Positions 31,022 through 40,488 are shown, counted from the first letter of the stretch. The stretch: 64,000 nucleotides of DNA from Thainema sp. (GCA_052168235.1 JBQLZK010000035.1:1-64000); one strand, 5' to 3'. Numbers and translations: made by a program. Notes: generated by a model from the letters alone, not told the origin.

Positions 31022-31549
31022 ATGAAGAGAGCCGCAACATTTGATCCAACTGGGCAGTATCGCTATTCCCTCACTCGGTGGTGGGACGGAGCAGCACCTG
31101 CGATCGCATTTTTGATGCTCAATCCCAGTACTGCCGATCATCAGCAGGATGACCCGACAATTCGCCGCTGTATCGGTTTGGCGCAGGCGTGGGGCTACGG
31201 CTCGCTGGAAATTGTTAATCTATTTGCCTATCGGACAACGGTGCCGACGGGGTTGAAAACAGTCAGCGAACCCGTAGGAGCGGAAAATGATCAGTATCTG
31301 CTGCAAGCGGCACAAATGGCGGAGCAGGTGATTCTCGCCTGGGGAAATTGGGGCACGTTGATGAATCGCGATCGCACTGTCCTTGATCTACTGCAACAGC
31401 AGAGTATTCGTAGCCTGTACTGTCTTGCCCTCAATAAATCCGGCCAACCCCGCCATCCGCTGTATATCCAAAAAACATGTCAGCCGATGCCTTATGACGT
31501 TGTGACAAGTCCGGTAGGAGCGAATGGCCATTCGCCCTTACGTAACTGA
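31022..31549 (+). CDS. DUF1643 domain protein
   Basis: YRYSLTRWW, MLNPSTAD, DDPTIRRC, VNLFA, AWG and PRHPLY motifs. Confidence 0.9.
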   Translation: MKRAATFDPTGQYRYSLTRWWDGAAPAIAFLMLNPSTADHQQDDPTIRRCIGLAQAWGYGSLEIVNLFAYRTTVPTGLKTVSEPVGAENDQYLLQAAQMAEQVILAWGNWGTLMNRDRTVLDLLQQQSIRSLYCLALNKSGQPRHPLYIQKTCQPMPYDVVTSPVGANGHSPLRN

Positions 31550-31574
31550 TGTATACACAGCAGCTACGCCGCGA

Positions 31575-32417
31575 TCAGTCAGGAATTGCTAGGGCCAGTT
31601 GATAAATTTGGCGGCGGGATAGGGAGGTGCGCTGGGCCAATTGACGACTAGCTTGCGATCGCGATAATCCCTGCTGAATTAAATCCTGAAGTTCCGCTTT
31701 CAGGGCTGACTCGGATAACAGCGGTTCCGACTGGGTCGTGCCTTGGATGATGACGGTGTATTCGCCTTGGGGCTGCTGCTGTTCGACGTGATCGAGGGCG
31801 GATTGGAGAGAGCCGCGCCAAAATTCTTCGTGCAGTTTGGTCAGCTCCCGCGCCAGGGTGATCGGTCGATCTGCGTCCAGGGTTTCAGCCAGATCCGTCA
31901 GCGTTTGCTTGAGTCGATGGGGGGATTCGTAGAGAACAATCGTGCGCGATTCAACTGCGATCGCATCTAGCCGATCTCGCCGCTCCTGACCTTTAGCGGG
32001 CAAAAATCCTTCAAATACAAATCGATCCGTGGGCAATCCGCAAGCGCTGAGTCCGGTGATCACAGCGCTCACACCGGGAATTGGCACAACGCTGAGATTG
32101 GCTTCCACACAGGCTTTCACCAGGTCGTATCCTGGATCAGAAATGCCAGGCATTCCGGCATCAGTGACCAGTGCGATCGCAGCTCCCTGCTGAATCCGAT
32201 CCACTAATTCCGGTGTGCGGCTGGCGCGGTTGTGGTCGTGGTAGCTAATCTGGGGCGTGGTGACTTGAAAATGCTGCAAGAGCTTGCCCGTGTGCCGCGT
32301 ATCCTCGGCGGCAATCACATCCACCTGCTGCAACACCTGAATCGCCCGAAAGGTCATATCTTCCAGGTTGCCAATCGGTGTACCAACGATATAAAGCGTG
32401 CTCGACTGAACTTCCAT
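31575..32417 (-). CDS. rsmI: 16S rRNA (cytidine1402-2'-O)-methyltransferase
   Basis: LYIVGTPIGNLED, AAEDTR, DAGMPGISDPG, YESPHR and RELTKLHEE motifs. Confidence 0.97.
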   Translation of the reverse strand: MEVQSSTLYIVGTPIGNLEDMTFRAIQVLQQVDVIAAEDTRHTGKLLQHFQVTTPQISYHDHNRASRTPELVDRIQQGAAIALVTDAGMPGISDPGYDLVKACVEANLSVVPIPGVSAVITGLSACGLPTDRFVFEGFLPAKGQERRDRLDAIAVESRTIVLYESPHRLKQTLTDLAETLDADRPITLARELTKLHEEFWRGSLQSALDHVEQQQPQGEYTVIIQGTTQSEPLLSESALKAELQDLIQQGLSRSQASRQLAQRTSLSRRQIYQLALAIPD

Positions 32418-33195
32418 GACTAATCCACTGATAACCCTACTGACTGACTTTGGCCTGCAAGACCCCTACGTCGGCGTGATGAAAGGCGTGATCGCTCAGA
32501 TCAATCCCGCCCTGCGCACCATCGACCTCACCCACGACATTCCGCCCCAGAATATTACCCTAGCGCGATTTGCCCTGATGTCGGCCTATGCGTATTTTCC
32601 GGATGGAACCGTGCATGTCGTCGTGGTTGATCCGGGCGTGGGCGGGACTCGTCGGGCCGTGGCCGTGCAGTTTGAACGGGGATACTGGGTTGCCCCCGAT
32701 AATGGTGTGCTGAGCGGGGTGTTGGATCAAGAAACTGCGATCGCAGCTGTAGAACTGACCAATCCCCAATACTGGCGCGATGCTAATCCCAGTTCAACTT
32801 TTCATGGCCGCGACATTTTTGCCCCCGTTGCAGCGTACTTAGCCAGTGGAGTTGCGATCTCGGAACTGGGACAAGCAATTGATCCGCAGACGCTGATTCG
32901 GCTGGAGGGCATGGATTACTCAACCACTGATGACGGGATAACGGGCTGCATTCAGTCGATTGATCGGTTCGGCAACTTAATCACGACGATTCCCGGTTCA
33001 GCGGTGATGGGGCGAGAGTGGACGTTGGCGATTCGAGACCATACCATTCAAAGCCACCAAACCTATGGAGAAGTCCAGCCAGGAGAGGTTCTGGCGCTGA
33101 TTGGCAGTCATGGCTGGGTCGAAATCGCTGTTAACGGCGGCAATGCTCAAGCCCTGCTGAATGCTTCACTAGGCGATGCTGTACAGATACCGTGA
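32416..33195 (+). CDS. SAM hydroxide adenosyltransferase / SAM hydrolase (DUF62, fluorinase/chlorinase superfamily)
   Basis: ITLLTDFG, VVDPGVG, APDNG, STFHGRDIF, IDRFGNL and EIAVNGG motifs. Confidence 0.93.
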   Translation: MTNPLITLLTDFGLQDPYVGVMKGVIAQINPALRTIDLTHDIPPQNITLARFALMSAYAYFPDGTVHVVVVDPGVGGTRRAVAVQFERGYWVAPDNGVLSGVLDQETAIAAVELTNPQYWRDANPSSTFHGRDIFAPVAAYLASGVAISELGQAIDPQTLIRLEGMDYSTTDDGITGCIQSIDRFGNLITTIPGSAVMGREWTLAIRDHTIQSHQTYGEVQPGEVLALIGSHGWVEIAVNGGNAQALLNASLGDAVQIP

Positions 33196-33560
33196 TCCCT
33201 GGCACCTGATACATTGAAATCGATCACTTCAAGAATTGATAGCAGTCAATCATTCGATTGATTTCGATCAATGATTACAGCTATTGTCATCACTCTTAAA
33301 CTCAACTTAAATCACTCGCTTTAAGTGACCAAATTTACAGATTACTTCTACCTGCATCACCCCTAAAGAGCAGGCGATAGGAGATATTAAATGAAGATTA
33401 TTTGAAACGCTTTTGTGAACTAAGACGAAGCTAATCGTTTTGGGTTCAACAACTAAGCCAAAGTTCCTTTCAATTGCCCTGAAATAATTTTGGCACAGCG
33501 CTCAAATTATCGTTACGTAGCAATTACGTAAACCATTTGCCCCCTATGGAGATTATGACA

Positions 33561-33887
33561 ATGAAACGCCTTTTCGTTAGCTTTTCTACAATTGCGATCG
33601 CAACTGCAGCTATTGCCCCCGCTGCTTTTGCAGGTGAACTCTCGACTCAAACCAAATTAAACGAACGGTTTGAACAAGAGCGGCTTCAAACACTGAACAG
33701 CTTGACTGATCGATTTGAGGCTGAGCGAGAAGACACCTTAAATAAGGGTTTGAACGACCGCTTTAAGCAAGAACGACTGCAAACATTAAACAGCTTAACG
33801 GATCGCTTTGAGCAAGAGCGGCTCGAAACCTTAAACGGACTCGCCGATCGATTTGAGGATGCCCGTGATGAAAATTTGGACAGCTAA
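33561..33887 (+). CDS. Small secreted protein with five 15-16 aa tandem repeats
   Basis: Sec signal MKRLF..APAAFA, GGAG SD, repeats of type LxDRFEQERLxTLNx. Confidence 0.8.
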   Translation: MKRLFVSFSTIAIATAAIAPAAFAGELSTQTKLNERFEQERLQTLNSLTDRFEAEREDTLNKGLNDRFKQERLQTLNSLTDRFEQERLETLNGLADRFEDARDENLDS

Positions 33888-34115
33888 ACTAAACAGCTAA
33901 TTCCATTTGTTTTTTCATCGTGTCTAGTTCAATTTGTGCTGTAGAGAACCTAAGAGATGAATGAAATGTAGGATAAGCATTGCTTGTCCTACATTTTTCT
34001 TGTCATGATACAAGCAGGAATTTCCTGTATTCTCAGCACTCAAAAAGCAAGGCGAGAAGCGAGAGGATCCAAGAAATTCTATTTCCTTCCGCACTAGCAT
34101 CCATCCCATCTGCAC

Positions 34116-34676
34116 ATGAATCAACCGCAAAAATGGCAAATTCTTCGTTCTCATTGGGCACTCGATCATCCCTGGTGTCGAGTACGGCAGGATGTGGTGG
34201 CGCTGCCCAACGGTCGGGTTGTGGATGATTACTTTGTGCATGTTCGTAAAGATGTAGCGCTTGTGCTGCCAATCACATCTCAGCACGAAGTCGTCATGGT
34301 GCGCCAATATCGCCACGGCATTCAAGATATCCTGCTCGAACTGCCAGCTGGCACGTTTGATCCGACACAGGAACAGCCTCAGGTTGCAGCCCAGCGCGAA
34401 CTACAGGAAGAGACGGGATACGGAGCCGAAACACTAATTCCCCTATCGGTTTTGTATGACAATCCAGTCAAAGATACCAACCGAATTCATCTCTTTCTGG
34501 CCCAAAACGCCAAACCAATCACAGATCAGCAACTTGATGAAACCGAAGATATTGAAATTGTTCTCGTGCCGCTCAGTGAAGTCATGACCCACGTTGTGCA
34601 AGGAGGAATCCGGGTTGCGGGAACGGTTTCTGCTCTCTTTTTAGGTTTGGAGTGGTTTCGATCGCACTCTTCCTAA
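34116..34676 (+). CDS. NUDIX hydrolase (ADP-ribose pyrophosphatase-like)
   Basis: RQYRHG and ELPAG..AAQRELQEETG Nudix box. Confidence 0.93.
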   Translation: MNQPQKWQILRSHWALDHPWCRVRQDVVALPNGRVVDDYFVHVRKDVALVLPITSQHEVVMVRQYRHGIQDILLELPAGTFDPTQEQPQVAAQRELQEETGYGAETLIPLSVLYDNPVKDTNRIHLFLAQNAKPITDQQLDETEDIEIVLVPLSEVMTHVVQGGIRVAGTVSALFLGLEWFRSHSS

Positions 34677-34881
34677 CGTTAGTTCGGGATAATTGGCAAC
34701 AAACATAGCATTTTGATCCCGTTCCTGGAGGGATGCCCGGAGGGCGGGGTGGGTTGAATTTGCAACTGCAACATACTGACGATTGACGTCTGTTATACCA
34801 AATCACGCCTGAGCGTGCAGTCAATCCGGTAGGATAAAAAATGGACAAAATTTGCAATTGACTGCATCGTTTCTCTGATTG

Positions 34882-35424
34882 ATGTCTCCTATGAGCCGAA
34901 CAGTTGGGTTTTCCGTTCAACAGAAGTCGCTGCGATCGCGACTCCTTAGCAGACTAAAGCAAGCTGTAGCGCTGCTAGCCATTGTGGTATTGACCTTGGG
35001 TTTAGCCCTCCCTGCCCATGCTGAAGACTTTGATAAGCGCGATTTAATCAAAGCAGATTTATCCAACCGCGACTTTACGGATTCCAGCTTTACCAAGGCC
35101 AACCTGCGGGAAAGCAACCTGAGCAACACCAATTTCATGGGCGTTAGCCTGTTCGGAGCGCATTTTGAACTGGCGAATCTGGAAGGAGCTAACCTGAGCT
35201 TCGCCACCCTCGACACAGCCAATTTTACTAAAGCCAACCTAACGAACGCCATCCTCGAAGGAGCCTACGCATTCAATGCGCAGTTTGATGGCGCAATTGT
35301 TGATGGCGCAGACTTTACCGATACATTTCTGCGTCAAGATGCCATCAATTTGCTCTGTAAAACCGCTAAAGGCACCAACCCAGTCACCGGACGTAATACC
35401 CGCGACACTCTGTATTGTCCTTAA
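34882..35424 (+). CDS. Exported or lumenal pentapeptide repeat protein
   Basis: Signal-like N terminus ending ALPAHA, pentapeptide repeats, C-terminal LC..A.GTNPVTG..TRDTL.CP. Start codon uncertain. Confidence 0.9.
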   Translation: MSPMSRTVGFSVQQKSLRSRLLSRLKQAVALLAIVVLTLGLALPAHAEDFDKRDLIKADLSNRDFTDSSFTKANLRESNLSNTNFMGVSLFGAHFELANLEGANLSFATLDTANFTKANLTNAILEGAYAFNAQFDGAIVDGADFTDTFLRQDAINLLCKTAKGTNPVTGRNTRDTLYCP

Positions 35425-35484
35425 AGACAATAATGATTGGAGAACCATGCAGACTGTATTGGCATGGCTTGCTCCAAATCACTT

Positions 35485-35832
35485 ATGAAGTACGTTTACG
35501 GTGTTCTATGTGTGCTGGGCAGCGTGTTGCCCTACTGGCAATTTATCCCGTGGCTACTCACACATGGCCTCGATATTCCGTTGCTGATTCAGGAAGCGTC
35601 ACAGCTTCGCATCAGTGCCTTTGCTTGGCTAGATGTCCTGGTTTCAGCCATTGTCCTCCTTAGCTTTATTGGCTACGAAGGCCGCCGTTTGGGCATGAAA
35701 ACATTGTGGTTACCAATTTTAAGCACTGCGGTAGTCGGCGTTTCCTTGGGCCTACCGTTGTTTTTGCTGATGCGAGAACAGCATCTTGAACAACAGCAGC
35801 AACAGGCCGAAATAGCTGACATCGGTTCGTAG
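35485..35832 (+). CDS. DUF2834-family membrane protein
   Basis: LPYWQF, AWLDVLVSA and VGVSLGLPLFLLMRE motifs. Confidence 0.8.
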   Translation: MKYVYGVLCVLGSVLPYWQFIPWLLTHGLDIPLLIQEASQLRISAFAWLDVLVSAIVLLSFIGYEGRRLGMKTLWLPILSTAVVGVSLGLPLFLLMREQHLEQQQQQAEIADIGS

Positions 35833-36005
35833 AGTCTTGAGGCTCTTTCTATCGGCTGATCGCGAGCGATGAAACTCAACAGCAAACCGCCCGCAGCCGC
35901 TCAATTTTTCAAAATTATTGTCAGAAATTGTTCAAAAAAATTGTCGGGTTTAGCCTATTCATCTGTGCAGATTGACCGAAACCCTTGACATTGGGTGCTT
36001 TCCCA

Positions 36006-36030
36006 ATACCCGACTAATTTAGTCGGGTAT
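36006..36030. promoter_or_regulatory. IscR/Rrf2-family-type operator palindrome
   Basis: ATACCCGACTAATTTAGTCGGGTAT matches the IscR type-1 consensus ATASYYGACTRwwwYAGTCRRSTAT at every position; TTGACA at 35985-35990. Confidence 0.7.
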
Positions 36031-36143
36031 GTTTGCGACAATTTTGCACCCCGTGATACGCTTTGTGAACGTTGGGTAAAGGACGTTCTAAAACCCTCAT
36101 CCAACTTGCGATAGAGACGTTGTTGAATTGAAGCGAAGAAATC

Positions 36144-37460
36144 ATGACTCAGCTAAGCGATACCCTTCCCACCCAGTCCACTCAAACTCGGAAGCCCACG
36201 TTTACGGCCCTGCGCTGTAAAGAGTGCGGCGCTGAGTATGAACCTAAAGCGACCAATGTTTGCGAGTTCTGCTTTGGCCCACTGGAAGTCACCTACGACT
36301 ACGATGAGATTCGCCGCCGCGTGACTCGTGAATCCATTGAGCGAGGCCCAAATTCCATCTGGCGCTATAAAGACCTGCTGCCCGTTGCCACTGACGACCC
36401 CATTGATGTCGGCACGGGGATGACGCCGCTGATCAAAGCGAATCGGTTGGCGCGTCGCCTAGGTCTCAAAGAGCTTTACATCAAGAATGACGCGGTTAAC
36501 ATGCCGACCCTCAGCTTCAAGGATCGGGTGGTCTCGGTAGCATTGACCCGCGCTCGTGAACTAGGGTTTTCCACGGTATCCTGCGCCAGTACGGGTAACT
36601 TGGCCAATTCCACAGCTGCGATCGCAGCTCATGCGGGGTTAGACTGCTGCGTCTTTATCCCCTCTGATTTGGAAGCGGGCAAGGTACTGGGTACGCTGAT
36701 TTACAACCCCACGCTGATGGCGGTTAAGGGCAACTACGACCAGGTCAATCGCCTCTGCTCTGAAGTTGCCAACACCCACGGCTGGGGCTTCGTCAACATC
36801 AACCTACGTCCCTACTACTCCGAAGGTTCCAAGACCCTCGGGTACGAAGTGATTGAGCAGCTCGGCTGGAAACTGCCCGACCACATCGTTGCGCCGCTGG
36901 CCTCTGGCTCTCTGTTCGGCAAGATCTACAAAGGCTTTAACGAATTCACCCAACTCGGTCTGGTGGAAGGCAAGCCTGTCCGCTTCAGCGGTGCCCAAGC
37001 TGAAGGCTGTTCCCCCATTGCGCAAGCCTTCAAGGAAGGCCGCGACTTCATCACCCCAGTGAAGCCCAACACAATCGCTAAGTCGATTGCGATCGGTAAT
37101 CCGGCAGACGGCGTTTACGCGGTCGATATCGCGAACAAGACCAACGGCAACATTGAGTCCGTCACCGATGCTGAAATCGTTGAGGGTATGAAGCTGCTGG
37201 CCGAGACGGAAGGCATCTTCACCGAAACCGCTGGTGGTACGACAATCGCCGTACTTAAGAAGCTGGTTGAAGCTGGCAAGATTGATCCGGACGAAACCAC
37301 CGTTGCCTATATCACAGGTAACGGTCTCAAGACCCAGGAAGCGGTTCAAGGCTACGTGGGCGAGCCACTGACCATCGAGCCCAAGCTGGAAAGCTTTGAG
37401 CACGCCCTAGAGCGGGCACGCACCTTGGATCGCCTGGAGTGGCAGCAAACGTCTGTCTAA
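36144..37460 (+). CDS. thrC: Threonine synthase-like PLP enzyme (fold type II)
   Basis: N-terminal CKEC..CEFC, PTLSFKDR (PLP Lys), CASTGN, EGSKT and ITGNGLK motifs. True substrate uncertain (see findings). Confidence 0.85.
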   Translation: MTQLSDTLPTQSTQTRKPTFTALRCKECGAEYEPKATNVCEFCFGPLEVTYDYDEIRRRVTRESIERGPNSIWRYKDLLPVATDDPIDVGTGMTPLIKANRLARRLGLKELYIKNDAVNMPTLSFKDRVVSVALTRARELGFSTVSCASTGNLANSTAAIAAHAGLDCCVFIPSDLEAGKVLGTLIYNPTLMAVKGNYDQVNRLCSEVANTHGWGFVNINLRPYYSEGSKTLGYEVIEQLGWKLPDHIVAPLASGSLFGKIYKGFNEFTQLGLVEGKPVRFSGAQAEGCSPIAQAFKEGRDFITPVKPNTIAKSIAIGNPADGVYAVDIANKTNGNIESVTDAEIVEGMKLLAETEGIFTETAGGTTIAVLKKLVEAGKIDPDETTVAYITGNGLKTQEAVQGYVGEPLTIEPKLESFEHALERARTLDRLEWQQTSV

Positions 37461-37505
37461 TTTGTAAACCCTTGTAATTTGTATCTTCTACTCATCTGGT
37501 AAACA

Positions 37506-37781
37506 ATGGCTGTCAAAGTTCTCATTCCAACCCCTCTGCAAAAGTTCACCAATAATCAAGCCACGATTGAGTGCGACGGCGGCAACATCTCTGAGCTGCT
37601 GGATGCGCTGAATCAGTCCTGCCCTGGCATCAAAGAGCGCCTGTGCAACGAAGAAGGTGAACTGCGTCGGTTCGTCAACTTCTACGTCAACAGCGAAGAC
37701 ATTCGCTTCCTAGACGGCAAAAATACAGCGCTGAACGAAGGTGATGAAGTCAGCATCGTACCAGCAGTTGCTGGGGGCTAA
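37506..37781 (+). CDS. MoaD/ThiS/CysO-family ubiquitin-like sulfur carrier protein
   Basis: [13 protein letters not shown] motif and C-terminal IVPAVAGG. Confidence 0.95.
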   Translation: MAVKVLIPTPLQKFTNNQATIECDGGNISELLDALNQSCPGIKERLCNEEGELRRFVNFYVNSEDIRFLDGKNTALNEGDEVSIVPAVAGG

Positions 37782-37805
37782 TATTAAGTCTGGTTGAAAA
37801 CCCAT

Positions 37806-37858
37806 AATTTATTGTTTGTAAAACGTTTGCTCTGCAAACGTTTTACAAACAATAAATT
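37806..37858. terminator. Perfect 25-bp hairpin after the sulfur carrier gene
   Basis: AATTTATTGTTTGTAAAACGTTTGC-TCT-GCAAACGTTTTACAAACAATAAATT. Confidence 0.65.
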
Positions 37859-38218
37859 GGGTTCTTATACACAGAGTTGATATAAATTCTCTAGATTTTT
37901 AAGTTTCAATCGGGTGCATCTGTTTACAACATAGGCTACAACGTCTTTTTCGCATTGCTAAGGAGTTCTGATGGGTTATACCGTTGGAGCTCCTTTTTTT
38001 AGATGCGTTTATTTATATGTATAGCTGTAGCCACGTTGGTTAGGACGTTGGAAGACCCTGAAAACGTTCAAACGTTTAAACGTTAGATTTCGTAAATGGC
38101 ACAACCAAAGTGGTGATGGTTATATTCTCAACCTCAATCGTATAAGCACCCACAACTGTAGACAGACACCAGCAGCAAGATGCCCAACTACAGTTAAAGG
38201 GTATTCAACGGAATTTGC

Positions 38219-39061
38219 ATGACTTTCAATATTGTTGACGCTGACCACAAACTTAGTCAGCCATTTGTGTTCAACTGGATCAGCCTTGCGCTTTTTGCGG
38301 CAGTTCACACTCTCGCTTTACTCGCTCCCTGGTTTTTCTCTTGGTCAGCACTAGGAGTCGCCCTTTTCCTGCACTGGCTATTTGGCAGTATTGGCATTTG
38401 TCTGGGATATCATCGGCTACTCACGCATCGCAGTTTGCGCCTTCCTAAGGGACTGGAATATGCGATCGCACTAGTGGGTGCTCTCGCATTACAAGGAGGG
38501 CCGATTTTCTGGGTTGCAGGGCATCGTCGGCACCACATGTACACTGAAGACATTGACAAAGATCCTTACTCTGCGAAACGAGGATTTTGGTGGAGTCACA
38601 TGGGCTGGATGCTTTACGAGCGCCCAGAGTTTTTTGAGTACGAATCGAATCGCCAATTTGCACCCGATCTAGCCAAAGATGCCTTCTACCGTTGGCTCGA
38701 TCGCTACTACATGCTGCTGCAAATCCCGCTCGGCGTTGGACTATACCTGCTTGGGGGATGGTCATTCGTGATCTATGGAATATTTGTAAGAGCCGTCTTA
38801 CTCTGGCACAGCACGTGGTTGATCAACTCTGCAAGCCACATCACAGGCTATCGCAGCCACGACTCGGACGATAACTCTCGCAACCTCTGGTGGACAGCAA
38901 TTCTCACCTATGGAGAAGGCTGGCACAACAACCATCATGCCTATCCCAACGTGGCCAAAGCAGGCTGGAAATGGTGGGAAATCGATATGACTTGGTGGGT
39001 CATTGTGGGCTTAAAGCACCTGGGATTGGCGCAAAGAATTGTCTTACCGCCATCAGTTTGA
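38219..39061 (+). CDS. desC: Delta-9 acyl-lipid desaturase (DesC-like)
   Basis: His boxes HRLLTH, HRRHH and HNNHH; GFWWSH motif. Confidence 0.9.
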   Translation: MTFNIVDADHKLSQPFVFNWISLALFAAVHTLALLAPWFFSWSALGVALFLHWLFGSIGICLGYHRLLTHRSLRLPKGLEYAIALVGALALQGGPIFWVAGHRRHHMYTEDIDKDPYSAKRGFWWSHMGWMLYERPEFFEYESNRQFAPDLAKDAFYRWLDRYYMLLQIPLGVGLYLLGGWSFVIYGIFVRAVLLWHSTWLINSASHITGYRSHDSDDNSRNLWWTAILTYGEGWHNNHHAYPNVAKAGWKWWEIDMTWWVIVGLKHLGLAQRIVLPPSV

Positions 39062-39073
39062 TCACTACTCATA

Positions 39074-40215
39074 TCAAGTCTGTGTTCGCGGCAGACGGAC
39101 AGTAAACGTCGTACCTTCCTGCGCTGTCGAGGCAACCGTAATTGTGCCCCCGTGGGCAACAACGACCTCCCGCACAATATACAATCCCAGACCGATACTG
39201 CTCGAAACTTTTTGCGATGCTGATTCCGAAGTAGCGTAGTGCATGAGCGGATCGAAGATCGTTGTCAGCATCTCCGACGGGAGCGGCGGCCCTTCATTAT
39301 GCACACTCAAGACCACGGTTGATTCTTCTGACGCGATCGCAAGTTCGATTGCCCCCTCGGTTGCCCCGTGCTGAAGGGCGTTGCCCAGCAGATTGGAGAT
39401 CACCTGTCGCAGTCGGGCTGCATCCCAGTTGCCCATGAGGTCACCGTCTGGGTGAAAGCGCAGCGTGCGCTGCGGGTAGGCAAAGCAGAATTCTTCAAAG
39501 ACGTTGCGACCCAGTTTTTCCAGATCGACCGGATTGCGCGTCAACGGCATCGCGCTACCCAGTCCCGTCGATGCGAAGTCGATCAGGTCATTAGTCAACC
39601 GGGTGATCGTCTGCGTATTCCTATCGATCATCGATAGTGCTTTGGCAGAGGGCGCATCTTTGTCTGTGATGCGCGCAGCCAGTTGTACAGCCACGCGGAT
39701 GGTGTTCAGCGGGCTACGCAGGTCATGGCTGAGGATCGCCAGGAACATGCGGCGCGACTGCTCCACCTGTTTGGTGTAACTGCCAACAGCTTCAGCAAGG
39801 GATTGATCGATCGCCTCATTGAAGCGGGTGATGTCGTTGATATCGTTGATATCGGGCTGCGGGTGCTGGCCCGCCACAAACGGAGCACGCTGGCCCGCAG
39901 GGCACGATATTCAGCAACGACTTCTATGATGTCAAAGCCTGAGCCTACACGTTCCACACCATGCTGTTGCGAGGCGTAGTCGAGGTGATCGCTCTCCTCG
40001 CCGCCAGCACCGCCGTAGCCTTTAGACTTGCTGGCCTGCTGAGCGAGGTTCTGATCGCTCTGCATATCCCGCACGGCGGCCAGCAGGATTGGCTCAGCAG
40101 CATCACGCAGGGCAAGCTTGGTCATCTCCGCCCCAGGAGAGAGGCTACGCGCAAACGTTTCCCATTCTGCGAGGATGGGTTCAATATTCCCCAGAATGAA
40201 GTCGGCCAGTCGCAT
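39074..40215 (-). pseudogene. Frameshifted sensor histidine kinase (RsbRD_N-like input, HisKA, HATPase)
   Basis: N-half MRLADFI..AEYRALRASVLRLW and C-half RFNEAIDQ..SHDLRSPL..NLLGNA..GLGLYIV are in different frames; one base appears missing near 39864-39865. Confidence 0.8.
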
Positions 40216-40488
40216 CGGTTTCTCCGCTGAGTACGGATTACAAATAAGGGAAATGCTACCACGGGGAAACGTCTAGATTTTGACGAGGCTGCGATTTAGA
40301 CCCATTAAGTATTTTGCTCTACTCCCTCAACAGCGCTTTTTCTTCCAGAACGTGCGATCGCGCTTTTTCAGTCCTAAACAACCAAATCAAGTTCGTGAGG
40401 ACGACAACGGCTTAGCCAAATCTCCAGGTTTCACCACCAGAACCGAATTTATAATCAACTTGGCTGCTGCAACTTGAGATAGAAACCG

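Noticed and set aside
32416..33195. Fluorinase/chlorinase natural-product gene
   Set aside because: No biosynthetic context; the widespread DUF62 SAM hydrolase is the more parsimonious call.
33511..33531. RpaB HLR1 site (TTACGTA twice)
   Set aside because: The core differs from TTACA and the repeat period is longer than the 10 bp of HLR1.
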